64,000 nucleotides of DNA, from NCBI GenBank assembly GCA_032718475.1, contig JAUCBJ010004350.1, positions 62,001-126,000 on the forward strand, written 5' to 3'. Of this stretch, positions 24,851 through 36,616 are shown piece after piece. Under the pieces are notes generated by a model. That model was given only the letters and a program-made list of their open reading frames with translations, searched no databases and was not told where the DNA came from. Positions within the stretch are counted from its first letter, which is position 1; every line of letters begins with the position of its first letter. This DNA is from Nemertoderma westbladi. Lineage: Eukaryota > Animalia > Xenacoelomorpha. The translations under genes were made by a program, and so were the position numbers.

Positions 24851-27800
24851 ATGCCTTGCTGCGCCTGCAACGTTAAGGCGGGCACTAGGCGGTGTAAAAA
24901 CTGTTTGTGCGTGAAGGAGGGTCGCCGTTGCTTCAACTGCGCACCGGGTAAGAAGGGCTTATGCGAAAATGAGGGGGTTTCATCGTCACAGCCGTTGCCC
25001 ATACAGAACTTAGTCAGTTTGCTGAAGCCGGCGTTTCTTTCTCAACCAGCGGCTCCGAATACGGATGATGGGGATAATACGTTGATCGATGAGGACGACA
25101 CTCTGGTGGATACCCCTCCCTTTGTTTCTCCACTCACGTCACCGTGTGGGTCGCCATCCACAGTGTCGCTTATTTTCGCGACGCCCTCGTTTACAGTAGC
25201 CACGCTGTCTACCGGACCCCATACCGACGCCACGCTGTCTACCGAACCCCATACCGACGCCACGCTGTCTACCGGACCCCATACCGACGCCACGCTGTCT
25301 ACCGGACCCCATACCGACGCCACGCTGTCTACCGAACCCCATACCGACGCCACGCTGTCTACCGGACCCCATACCGACGCCACGCTGTCTACCGAACCAC
25401 ATACCGACGCCACGCTGTCTACCGGACCCCATACCGACGCCACGCTGTCTACCGGACCCCGTACTGACGCCACGCTGTCTACCGGACCCCGCACCGACGC
25501 CACGCTGTCTACCAGACCACGTACCGACGCCACGCTGTCTACCGGACCCCGTATCGACGCCACGCTGTCTACCGGACCCCTTACCGACGCCACATTGGCT
25601 ATCGGATCCCATACCGACTCCAATATGTCTACCGGATCCCAGACCGACGCCAATATGTCTACCGGACCCCAGACCGACGCCACGTTGTCTACCGGACCCC
25701 AGACCGGCGCTAAAGTGTCTACCGGACCCCAGACCGGCGCCACACCGTCTACCGGACCCCAGACCGGTGCCACATCGTCTACCGGACCCCAGACCGACGC
25801 CACGTTGTCTACCAGACCCCAGACAGGCACCAATATGTCTACCGGACCCCAGACCGGCGCCACACCGCCTACTGGACCTCGTACCGGCGCCACACCGTCT
25901 ACCGGATCCCAGACCGGCGCCACACCGTCTACCGGATCCCAGACCGGCGCCACACAGTCTACCGGATCCCAGACCGGCGCCACACCGTCTACCGGATCCC
26001 AGACCGGTGCCATACCGCCTACCGGACCTCGTACTGGCGCCATACCGCCTACCGGACCTCGTACTGGTGCCACACCGCTTACCGGATCCCAGAGCGGCGC
26101 CACACCGTCTACGGGATCCCAGACCGGCGCCACACCATTTACCGGACCCCAGAATGGTGCCATTTCGTCTACGAGACCCCGTACCGGCGCCACACCGCCT
26201 ACCGGACCACGTACTGGCGCCACACCGTCTACAGGGACCCACGTATGGTTTGAGCTAAAGCTTCCACTGGTGGATATTTTGACGCCTTTAGATCTCGTCT
26301 ATAAGAAAATAGTTCACTGGCGATCCAATTTGTTTCTGGTGCCTCAGGGGGCGGTTGGTAGACAACTAGTAGCGGAGATGACACGTCTTGTGAACTTGTT
26401 TACAACGGGGTCCCCTTTTACAGGAGGCTGCGTTAACAGCGTTGATGTGTCTGCCTGCGTTGCTCCTACAGAAACCTAGCCGATCGTCAAACACGGCAAC
26501 TCATCGAAAAGTTCTGGAACGCCGCTTAAATGATTGGAGAAATGCGCGTTTCACTGATTTGATGGCAGAAGCTAGCGCAATACAGGGACATCTCCCGAGA
26601 CCGCCTAGACAACCGGAATCCCAAACTGAAGCTACGAGAAAAGCTTTCGTTCGGCATATGTTGACTGGAAATGTGTCAGCCGCTACTCGATGCCTCAGTC
26701 AGATCAACCGAGGTACTCCAATGAAACTCGACGATTCATTCGTCGACAAGGATGGTACAACGAAGGTAGTTCGCGATGTTCTGTTAGAAAAACATCCCGT
26801 AGCTACTCTGGCAGATAGTTCCGTCCTGCTTACAGAATTCGATCGCGCACCAGAGCACCACAGGGTGGTGTTTGAACGTATCGACGGCCAGCTGATTCTT
26901 TCCTGTCTCCTCCGAATGAAAGGAAACGCGGCAGGCCCCTCGGGCCTTGACGTACAGGGGTGGAAACACCTGCTGACGAAGTTTAGAAACTACTCCGTGG
27001 ATCTCTCCAACAGCGTTGCAGACATGGCGAAGCGGAAGCACAGGAGATTGTACCGAGGGGGGTGTTGTCATCTTACCTTTCCGCACGTCTTCTCGCGTTG
27101 GATAAGTGTCCGGGGGTTCGGCCCATCGGCATTGGGGAGGTGTTACAGCGGGTAATCGGGAAGGCGGCGATGTTCAGCATTAGTGGGGACCTTCAGTCCG
27201 TAGGCGGATCCACCCAGCTCTGTATGGGACAGAAATCTGGTATTGAATTCGCCATACACAGCCTTAATGATGCATTCGCCGAGGAAGAATGTGAGGCGAT
27301 ACTCCAAATTGATGCAACTAATGCATTCAACGTTCTTAATCGGGAGGCCGCCACACACAACATTAGCCTTGTCTGCCCATCGCTGCACACAATCGTTGTA
27401 AATTGCTACGCGGAGCCATCGAACTTGTTCGTGGGAGGTGAGTCTATTTTCTCCTCGGAAGGTTCCACTCAAGGGGATCCGGTGGCGATGCCGATGTTCG
27501 CCTCCGGTTTAACTCCATTCGTAGACGAACTCGAGACGGCGTGTACTGTGAACCAGAAATGGTTTGCAGATGATGGAAATGCGGCGGGTTCTCTAGTTGA
27601 ATTGCGGAAGTTTTGGGATGTTGCTGTGAGGAGGGGTCCTCTATACGGATATTTCCCCTCGAAATGTCGGTTGACGGTGAAACCTGACAAGCTCGGTGAG
27701 GCTGAATTACTCTTTGCCGGCATGGACATCGTCATAGACTCGGTTGGCAGCAAGCTTCTTGGGGGGGTGATTGGTTCAAAGGAGTTCCAGGAGGAGTTTA

Positions 27801-29087
27801 TACTTTCCAAGGTAGATGAGTTCGCGGAGGAGGTGGATCGACTCGCTGATATCTCCATGATGGACCCTCATTGCGCGTACGCGGGTCTAGCCTTTCGGAC
27901 TGTCGTGCAGATGGCGGTTTCTCGCTCGGGTTATACCAGGCGCCGTCGAGCAGTTCGATAAACTCGAGAAATCGGTGACGGCCGCTCTCTGTCGGATAGT
28001 TGACCGGCCGGCGTTGACCACGGAGGAACGACAGCTGCTCTCCCTCCCAGTCCGTGCTGGGGGGATGGGAATCCCAGTTCCGTCCGATCTGGCCACTCAG
28101 TATGACCATTCCAGGTTGGTTTGTGAGCCACTGAATGGCGCTTCCTCTGGTGATATGGCAGACGTCAGGAAGGAACAGCTACTCGCCGCCAATCGTGTAA
28201 AGGTACAGGCTGGCCTGCAAACAAAAAATAAAATCGCAGTTTGTAACGGAGACCTGCCGCTAACCCAACAAAAGCTAAGGGAATTAGTTTCAGAAAAGGG
28301 GGCGTCAACCTGGCTGAATACTAAACCGGTTACTATACATAACACTCACCTGTCGAAAGAGGAATTCCGAGATGCATTGTGTCTGCGGTACTGTTGGCAG
28401 CCGAAGTCTCTCCCCGCTCGTTGTGTCTGTGGGTCGCGATTTTCACCCACCCACGTCCTGTCGTGTCCTACTGGAGGATTTCCCTCTATCAGACATAACG
28501 AGATTCGAGACTTCATTGCCAACGCGTTAACCGAGGTGGCTAACAACGTAGCCATAGAGCCAATGCTGCAGCCCTTGACAGGCGAGTCGTTCCGGCACCG
28601 GACCACGTCTACCGACCAACAGGCCAGGCTCGACGTCTCAGTCAGCGGTTTTTGGGGAAACCGGTACGAGAAAGTCTTCCTGGATGTCTCCGTGTTCAAC
28701 CCCTTATCGGAAACGAACGCGGCGATGTCGTTGGAAGCAGCGCACTCGCACCACGAGGCACGCAAACGCCTCAAGTACGAAGACCGGATTCGCGAGGTAG
28801 AACTGGCGACATTTGTGCCCCTCATCGTTTCTGCATTCGGTGGGATGGCTACGGCAATGCGCCAGTTTGTGAAACGGCTGGCATACAAGCTGTCGGACCG
28901 CCGTGAAATCCGGTACTCCGACTGTGTTTCCTGGATCCGGAGACAAATTAGTTTTGCGCTTCTGCGGTCCAGTCTGATGTGTCTTCGCGGCGCGCGTTCC
29001 GCATCCAAGCGGCCAGTTCACCACGCGATATTGGACACCTCCATACGGCTGGCGAACGCGGATACGGACTGCGGGGTTGCTGGGTAG
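24851..29087 (+). pseudogene. CRE-type RT-RLE polyprotein with three frameshifts
   Basis: N-terminal Cys cluster; RT motifs GVRPIGIGE, IDATNAFN, GSTQGDP, WFADD; CxC..H..C..RHN knuckle; RLD..FLDV endonuclease; breaks near 26430, 27050, 27890. Confidence 0.88.
25197..26240 (+). repeat. 30-bp in-frame minisatellite inside the CRE ORF, about 35 copies
   Basis: GACGCCACGCTGTCTACCGGACCCCATACC and variants, encoding (DATLSTGPHT)n. Confidence 0.95.
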
Positions 29088-29270
29088 TTCAGTTGGGTAG
29101 TTCAGTTACCACTGACAGACTGCTGCGACGGACAGGATTAATTAATAATATTAAAAATAGTTTGAATTTCCCCCGTAAATGCTAAATGTATCGTGTAGTA
29201 TATATTTGTTGGCATTTTGCTTTATTAAATTGACATATAAAAAAAAAAAAATAAAAAAAATAAAAAAAAA

Positions 29271-30580
29271 TTATGTAAGTCAGTCAGGTACTCGGTACCA
29301 GTATATACTATAATTATGTAAGTCAGTCAGGTACTCCGTACCAGTATATACTATAATTATGTAAGTCAGTCAGGTACTCGGTATCGGTACAGGTACTCGG
29401 TATCGGTACAGGTACTCGGTACCAGTATATAATATAATTATGTAAGTCAGTCAGGTACTCGGTACCGGTACAAGTACTCGGTACCAGTATATAATATAAT
29501 TATGTAAGTCAGTCAGGTACTCGGTACCGGTAGAGGTACTCGGTACCAGTATATAATATAATTATGTAAGTCAGTCAGGTACTTGGTACCAGTATATAAT
29601 ATAATTATGTAAGTCAGTCAGGTACTCGGTACCTGTACCCTGTACTGGTACCGGTACAGGTACTCGGTACCAGTATATAATATAATTATGTAAGTCAGTC
29701 AGGTACTCGGTACCAGTATATAATATAATTATGTAAGTCAGTCAGGTACTCGGTACCGGTACAGGTACTCGGTACCAGTATATAATATAATTATGTAAGT
29801 CAGTCAGGTACTTGGTACCAGTATATAATATAATTATGTAAGTCAGTCAGGTACTCGGTACCAGTATATAATATAATTATGTAAGTCAGTCAGGTACTCG
29901 GTACCAGTATATAATATAATTATGTAAGTCAGTCAGGTACTCCGAACCGGTACAGCTGCTCGGTACCAGTATATAATATAATTATGTAAGTCAGTCAGGT
30001 ACTTGGTACCAGTATATAATATAATTATGTAAGTCAGTCAGGTACTCGGTACCAGTATATAATATAATTATGTAAGTCAGTCAGGTACTCGGTACCGGTA
30101 CAGGTACTCGGTACCAGTATATAATATAATTATGTAAGTCAGTCAGGTACTCAGTACCGGTACAGGTACTCGGTACCAGTATATAATATAATTATGTAAG
30201 TCAGTCAGGTACTCGGTACCAGTATATAATATAATTATGTAAGTCAGTCAGGTACTCCGAACCGGTACAGCTGCTCGGTACCAGTATATAATATAATTAT
30301 GTAAGTCAGTCAGGTACTCGGTACCAGTATATAATATAATTATGTAAGTCAGTCAGGTACTCTGTACCGGTACCGGTACTCGGTACCAGTATATAATATA
30401 ATTATGTAAGTCAGTCAGGTACTCCGAACCGGTACAGCTGCTCGGTACCAGTATATAATATAATTATGTAAGTCAGTCAGGTACTTGGTACCAGTATATA
30501 CTATAATTATGTAAGTCAGTCAGGTACTCGGTACCAGTATATACTATAATTATGTAAGTCAGTCAGGTACTCGGTACCGC
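29271..30580. repeat. 43-bp tandem array (with longer variants) containing GTAAGT
   Basis: TTATGTAAGTCAGTCAGGTACTCGGTACCAGTATATAATATAA repeated about 25 times. Confidence 0.95.
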
Positions 30581-30708
30581 TATATAATATAATATGCAGA
30601 ACCTACAATCGTAAATAACTTATACACCATTAGCTCATATAGAAGCCAGACAGACCACCATACATATACCACCATACAGATTCTACTAACAGTAATTTTT
30701 TATTACAG

Positions 30709-30924
30709 AATAAAATTATCGAAGATTCTAGAACCAAATTTGATGAATCAATAAGTTCCATGGATGTTACCATAGCAACGTTACAAGCAACCAATGAACG
30801 GTTAGAAAGTGATTTAAGGAAACCCTGCGTGCAGTGTGAAGATTACGAATTTCAATTGGTTAAACTACAACATCAAGTGAAATCATTGTCCAATCAGATC
30901 AAAGAGAAAGTTCTTACAGTAGAG
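30709..30924 (+). CDS. EEA1: EEA1 coiled-coil exon (first seen in window)
   Basis: TTACAG| ... GAG|GTTAGT, phase 0/0, 72 codons of coiled coil. Confidence 0.75.
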
Positions 30925-30959
30925 GTTAGTTGTTCCGATCAGGATCAGCCAAGCCAATC

Positions 30960-32830
30960 AGATCAAAGATAAATATCGTACTGTAAAGTCCAGTAGTATA
31001 CCACCTACTGAATCATAGTAACGAAATAAATACCTTACTGTAGAATCCAGCAGTATATACGGGTTCGTACAGTATCTGACAAGAAATCCCAGTCCAGGGT
31101 GTCTAAATAAAAAGATAAAGTACACAAACGACTACTGGCGAGGAATGGAGCCTGATGTCTCTTCTAATACTTGGGCGAATCAAATGCCCGGGCTAACTAG
31201 ACAAACAGGATGCCCGGCCTTTAACCGGTGAGGCAGATGTACAGTCTACACATACAGACCAAACTCACCGGAAAACAATCCCCGCGTAGTGAATCATAAC
31301 TACCGCTAATGGACCTAAATACTATAAACTTGCCGCGGTGTGATTTATATGGGTATAATACGAGCTAGCGGGTCAACGACACTAGCGTAAGAAATAATAC
31401 TGCCGACAGGAAAAGACAGTCAAAAGGGGTGCCTGAGAACAAAACAATACTTCTACAAACTATCTTAAAGCGCGTGTGTGTGTGTGTGTGTGTGTTACGA
31501 TAAAACAATTTTGGTGTACCGCTGTTGTACTAGGTTTTGGTGATTTTAACAAAATAACAATACCGGGCGCTAGCTACTTGAATAAACTAGTCGCGCGCTG
31601 GTAGCGCAATACTTACAAACTGACGTCAAAAGGGCTCTCTCCTCCTATATTCACAACTCAGTCGGGAAATTACGGTGTTAGTAACTACACCCGCGATCGG
31701 CACTGATACCAGATTCTGATTGTGAGATAAGGAAATAGGGTGTTAATTTACTATCGTACGTATAGCTGATCTGGTATGTAATTGATTCTAGAATTTTGTT
31801 ACCGCGGTGGTCTGCAGTAAATACCTATCAGTGGGAGGGGAAGGGAATATGGGAAGGGCGTGGTAGATCGACCTCCCTTAGCCAAACATGTGCCGGTAGC
31901 AGAAAGCTGCCCCCTTGCTTGAGCAAATACTTTGGACTCAGACAGGTCAGTCAGACTGCAAGGCCTACAGAGCTAACCGGTACTGTACCGCTAGTAAGGC
32001 AAATCACCAAATTATAGAGCGTGCTGTTTGCACCTAGTGTACTTGCACGTACTAACAAACAGCTTCAGCTCGCACCTATAAGAGGTACAGGCTAACCGAG
32101 GGGTTCCTGTCTGAATCTGAGGTATTTGTTCCTATATTTTACGGCGTCCCAGGACGGCGTCACGCTTTCCCCTGATCTAAGCTCTTACGGCGGGCAAAGG
32201 CGTCGAACAAAGTCTTACTTCCTCTAACATGAGGTTCTCAGGCAATCGGGTCATACCTTCCAAATGGGTGTGGGTGAGATAGTCCGGGTTCCCTTATGTG
32301 TCGTGGACATCCCTTCCCCTTGCGTTGCTGTGGCCTAAAGGTCTAGGCAGCCATTCATTTGGCTGTTCAAGATAGATACGCTAAAGAACTACATGTTCAG
32401 AGTTTGCAGTACCCTATATTTTAACGTAAATAACAAAATGATTTATCAAACTAAACTAAACTAAACTTTACAATCAGAACAACAAGATAAGTGTAAGATT
32501 AGTGAAAACCGAAGGGCAAACGGCACCTTATATAGGAAATCCTAAGCATGGAATCACACTAGAACATTCTACCACATTCCATGGGCTCACATTGGACCAA
32601 TAAATTATTAAAATACTACTCAATTCACGTGTTGTACGCACTCCATTGGCTTATCGAGTTTGGCGAGACGGAAAATAAATTGCACAAAATATAAATATTT
32701 ACCGACCCAGATTCGAACTCTCTACCTATCTCATGCATAACCTGCGCACTAACCTTCTGGACCAATATGTGTGGTACTTAAATGAGTATAAGCTTCATTT
32801 GTGGGAGTATAATTCTGTTTTGACCGCACC
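30960..32830 (-). mobile_element. Solo LTR related to the BEL LTRs at 47460 and 62023
   Basis: Collinear shared blocks on the minus strand: AGAATTATA.TCCC, Pol III boxes, TATATAA, ATGGCTG.CTAGAC, GTTCGA.GCCTT, CATATAAATCACACCGCGGCAA, CTGCCTCACCGGTTA, ACTTTACAGTA.GATATT. Boundaries approximate; no TSD seen. Confidence 0.7.
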
Positions 32831-32917
32831 GGAAGTACGTCGCAAGACTTTGAACGTAATCCCTGAAATATGGCCGAAGAAACTTTGTTTTTTACTTTTT
32901 TTGGCAATAAATAATTC

Positions 32918-34721
32918 TTGTTTGTTCCGTTCTAGAAACTTGAGACAACTATCATTGGTTGTTTGTTCCGTTCTAGAAACTTGAGACAACTATCATTGGT
33001 TGTTTGTACCGTTCTAGAAACTTGAGACAACTATCATTGGTTGTTTGTTCCGTTCTAGAAACTTGAGACAGCTATCATTGGTTGTTTGTTCCGTTCTAGA
33101 AACTTGAGACAACTATCATTGGTTGTTTGTTCCGTTATAGAAACTTGAGACAACTATCATTGGTTGTTTGTTCCGTTCTAGAAACTTGAGACAGCTATCA
33201 TTGGTTGTTTGTTCCGTTCTAGAAACTTGAGACAACTATCATTGGTTGTTTGTTCCGTTCTAGAAACTTGAGACAACTATCATTAGTTGTTTGTTCCGTT
33301 CTAGAAACTTGAGACAACTATCATTGGTTGTTTGTTCCGTTCTAGAAACTTGAGACAACTATCATTGGTTGTTTGTTCCGTTCTAGAAACTTGAAACAAC
33401 TATCATTAGTTGTTTGTTCCGTTCTAGAAACTTGAGACAGCTATCATTGGTTGTTTGTTCCGTTCTAGAAACTTGAGACAACTATCATTGGTTGTTTGTT
33501 CCGTTATATAAACTTGAGACAACTATCATTGGTTGTTTGTTCCGTTCTAGAAACTTGAGACAACTATCATTGGTTGTTTGTTCCGTTCTAGAAACTTGAG
33601 ACAACTATCATTGGTTGTTTGTTCCGTTATAGAAACTTGAGACAACTATCATTGGTTGTTTGTTCCGTTCTAGAAACTTGAGACAACTATCATTGGTTGT
33701 TTGTTCCGTTCTAGAAACTTGAGACAACTATCATTGGTTGTTTGTTCCGTTATAGAAACTTGAGACAACTATCATTGGTTGTTTGTTCCGTTCTAGAAAC
33801 TTGAGACAACTATCATTGGTTGTTTGTTCCGTTCTAGAAACTTGAGACAACTATCATTGGTTGTTTGTTCCGTTCTAGAAACTTGAGACAACTATCATTG
33901 GTTGTTTGTTCCGTTCTAGAAACTTGAGACAACTATCATTGGTTGTTTGTTCCGTTATAGAAACTTGAGACAACTATCATTGGTTGTTTGTTCCGTTCTA
34001 GAAACTTGAGACAACCATCATTGGTTGTTTGTTCCGTTCTAGAAACTTGAGACAACTATCATTGGTTGTTTGTTCCGTTCTAGAAACTTGAGACAACTAT
34101 CATTGGTTGTTTGTTCCGTTCTAGAAACTTGAGACAACTATCATTGGTTGTTTGTTCCGTTCTAGAAACTTGAGACAACTATCATTGGTTGTTTGTTCCG
34201 TTCTAGAAACTTGAGACAACTATCATTGGTTGTTTGTTCCGTTATAGAAACTTGAGACAACTATCATTGGTTGTTTGTTCCGTTCTAGAAACTTGAGACA
34301 ACTATCATTGGTTGTTTGTTCCGTTCTAGAAACTTGAGACAACTATCATTGGTTGTTTGTTCCGTTATAGAAACTTGAGACAACTATCATTGGTTGTTTG
34401 TTCCGTTCTACAAACTTGAGACAACTATCATTGGTTGTTTGTTCCGTTCTAGAAACTTGAGACAACTATCATTGGTTGTTTGTTCCGTTATAGAAACTTG
34501 AGACAACTATCATTGGTTGTTTGTTCCGTTCTACAAACTTGAGACAACTATCATTGGTTGTTTGTTCCGTTCTACAAACTTGAGACAACTATCATTGGTT
34601 GTTTGTTCCGTTCTAGAAACTTGAGACAACTATCATTGGTTGTTTGTTCCGTTATAGAAACTTGAGACAACTATCATTGGTTGTTTGTTCCGTTCTAGAA
34701 ACTTGAGACAACTATCATTGG
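32918..34721 (+). repeat. 41-bp array of the EEA1 acceptor junction, 44 copies
   Basis: TTGTTTGTTCCGTTCTAG|AAACTTGAGACAACTATCATTGG; the last copy runs into the exon. Confidence 0.95.
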
Positions 34722-34884
34722 AGTGAATGAGGAGTCTGATAATATCAAGGCGCGGTACGAAACCACCCAGGCGGAGTTGCATCTACTGAAATCTAAAGAG
34801 AAAGAGTTACAGCAAGAATTGGCCATGGTAACGGATTCCAACGAAGAGCTGAAGATTACATTGGACAAGGCGACTAGTGAAAAG
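34699..34884 (+). CDS. EEA1: EEA1 coiled-coil exon
   Basis: TTCTAG|KLETTIIGVNEES...EK|GTTAGC, phase 0/0. Confidence 0.8.
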
Positions 34885-35101
34885 GTTAGCCGAGTGTTTC
34901 CGTTAACATTCAGACTGAGTAATAGATTACTGAAGCAGTGAGACCCGGAGTAAAGATTATATATGTTAAAGGCATTTATTTATTGTATTAGAAAATTAAA
35001 CACTTTCTGTTAAAAGCGAGTGATTTTGAAATACGTAGGATTTTGAAAATACAGTACATAATAGTAAGTTTGATCTGGCGAAATATCATTTTTTTATTTA
35101 G

Positions 35102-35233
35102 GATGAGTTAGAATTGGCGCGTAACGCGTTACAGTTGAGTAGTGAGCAGTTGGATTCCGTTAACAGAGATTTGGAGAAACGGTATACAACCTTACAGAAC
35201 GAACACGTTGAGTTAATGGATAGAAGCAACAAT
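35102..35233 (+). CDS. EEA1: EEA1 coiled-coil exon
   Basis: TTTAG|DELELARNAL...DRSNN|GTTAGT, phase 0/0, 44 codons. Confidence 0.8.
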
Positions 35234-35282
35234 GTTAGTCTGAGAGTCGTTTACGTTTAGTAAATTTATTGAAACCCAAGTT

Positions 35283-35437
35283 TCATAGATTTCTCCTCAG
35301 TTTCATACCACGTGTTCCGTCATCAAGTCTGCAGTTCAAATCTCCACCAATTAGAACCGGAAGTTGGAGGGGGTCTGTTTGATGGGGGAGATTGCGTTGT
35401 TGATTGATAGAATATACCTTGCAGACTGTAGTCGGGG
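35283..35437 (-). pseudogene. LINE AP-endonuclease fragment
   Basis: PVLIGGDLNCR resembles the APE GDFN motif. Confidence 0.45.
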
Positions 35438-35514
35438 TTAAATTAAAACATGTAATATTATGGGTTTGTTCAGAAGTGGAAAAAATGAGAAAGCGCGTCA
35501 CCGGGGGTTGAACC

Positions 35515-35560
35515 AGCGCTATACGTACGTTTCGGCCTAACAGGCCTCATCAGTAGCGCT
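35515..35560 (-). ncRNA. Minimal type I hammerhead ribozyme (minus copy)
   Basis: Exact reverse complement of 35688-35733. Confidence 0.85.
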
Positions 35561-35687
35561 AACCAGCTCAGCCACTAGCCCCTGACACGCACACTCCCAC
35601 CTAATCCACTTCTATTGAACGGGAATATGAACACTTCTATGAAATTGAATTAGGTGTGAGTGTCAGGGGCTAGTGGCTGAGCCGGTT

Positions 35688-35733
35688 AGCGCTACTGATG
35701 AGGCCTGTTAGGCCGAAACGTACGTATAGCGCT
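35688..35733 (+). ncRNA. Minimal type I hammerhead ribozyme (plus copy)
   Basis: Stem I AGCGCTA/TAGCGCT; core CTGATGA; stem II GGCCT-GTT-AGGCC; GAAA; stem III C-GTAC-G; GTA cleavage triplet at 35724-35726. Confidence 0.88.
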
Positions 35734-36411
35734 GGTTCAACCCCCGGTGACGCGCTTTCTCATTTTTTCCACTTTTGAATAAAACCATAATATTACACCT
35801 TTAATTACAGTTGCAACAGCTCATCTCCAATTTATTTAATTAAATTAAAACACGCTAAACAATGCAACACATAATATCATTAGAAATAACTAAGTTGGGT
35901 TTGGATGGGGAGTAATTGACGAAATAGTGAATAGTGAACGGCGGAGTCTTAAAATATTTAATCTTAGTTACCCGATGAATCTTAATATGTGGATTGGTGC
36001 TTAAGCGGGATCCCGATCCCGAAAAACAGGAATCCCGGTGGGTGCAATCCCTGTCCCGAACCCCATCTCGACTTTTTTGGAACGGGATCCCGAAGGGGGC
36101 CTATAATATAGTGAAGTAAATTTCTAGAATAACCGATGGATGTTTGCTAGTGAGTTGAAATCTGTTTATCATATCGAGTAGTCGGATTACTGGATTTCAT
36201 TAAACCATCTAGTAATCAACTGTAAATAAATTTTAATAAAATTTTATCTTACTAAAATCTTTCAGAAGTGTAAGATAAAGTGAGTGTTACCCAAAAACCG
36301 CCACATATACCTAGAACTTTAAGGGCATTTAATCCAAAATTGCATTCCCGATCCAGTAAATCGGGATCCCGTGATAATTCCGGTCCCGATCCCGGAAATC
36401 CCGAAAAGTCT

Positions 36412-36616
36412 GAGTTCATTGAATTGCCTGATCAACTTTTATGGCAACCAACACATGGAAAGCGTAGCCGTGGACGACCGGCTATGAGATATATTGACCA
36501 GCTCGAAAGGGATACTGAACTTGGGAGAAACGAAATTGCGACAACTATGGAGAATCGGGAAGCCTGGAAGGATCTCATTTCCACTGTCCGAGTTTGCTCG
36601 ACCTAGTAGTAGTAGT
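36412..36616 (+). mobile_element. 3' end of an RTE-like LINE
   Basis: LLWQPTHGKRSRGRP..YIDQL..MENREAW followed by stop and (TAG)n tail. Confidence 0.75.

Larger units (their letters stand above)
24650..29270 (+). mobile_element. CRE-clade non-LTR retrotransposon (RT + restriction-like endonuclease)
   Basis: GC shift at about 24650, single long coding region, short 3' UTR, poly(A) 29237-29270; no TSD found. Confidence 0.85.
35451..35839. mobile_element. Inverted tRNA-like/hammerhead element with Penelope-like architecture
   Basis: Inverted arms of about 145 bp (35451-35595 / 35654-35797), about 40-nt tail on the right arm, 13-bp TSD TTAAATTAAAACA (35438-35450, 35840-35852). Confidence 0.75.

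Noticed and set aside
35990-36410. GGGATCCCG-rich segment as a complete MITE
   Set aside because: Resembles subterminal repeats, but the right end is cut by the LINE fragment and no TIR pair or TSD was found.
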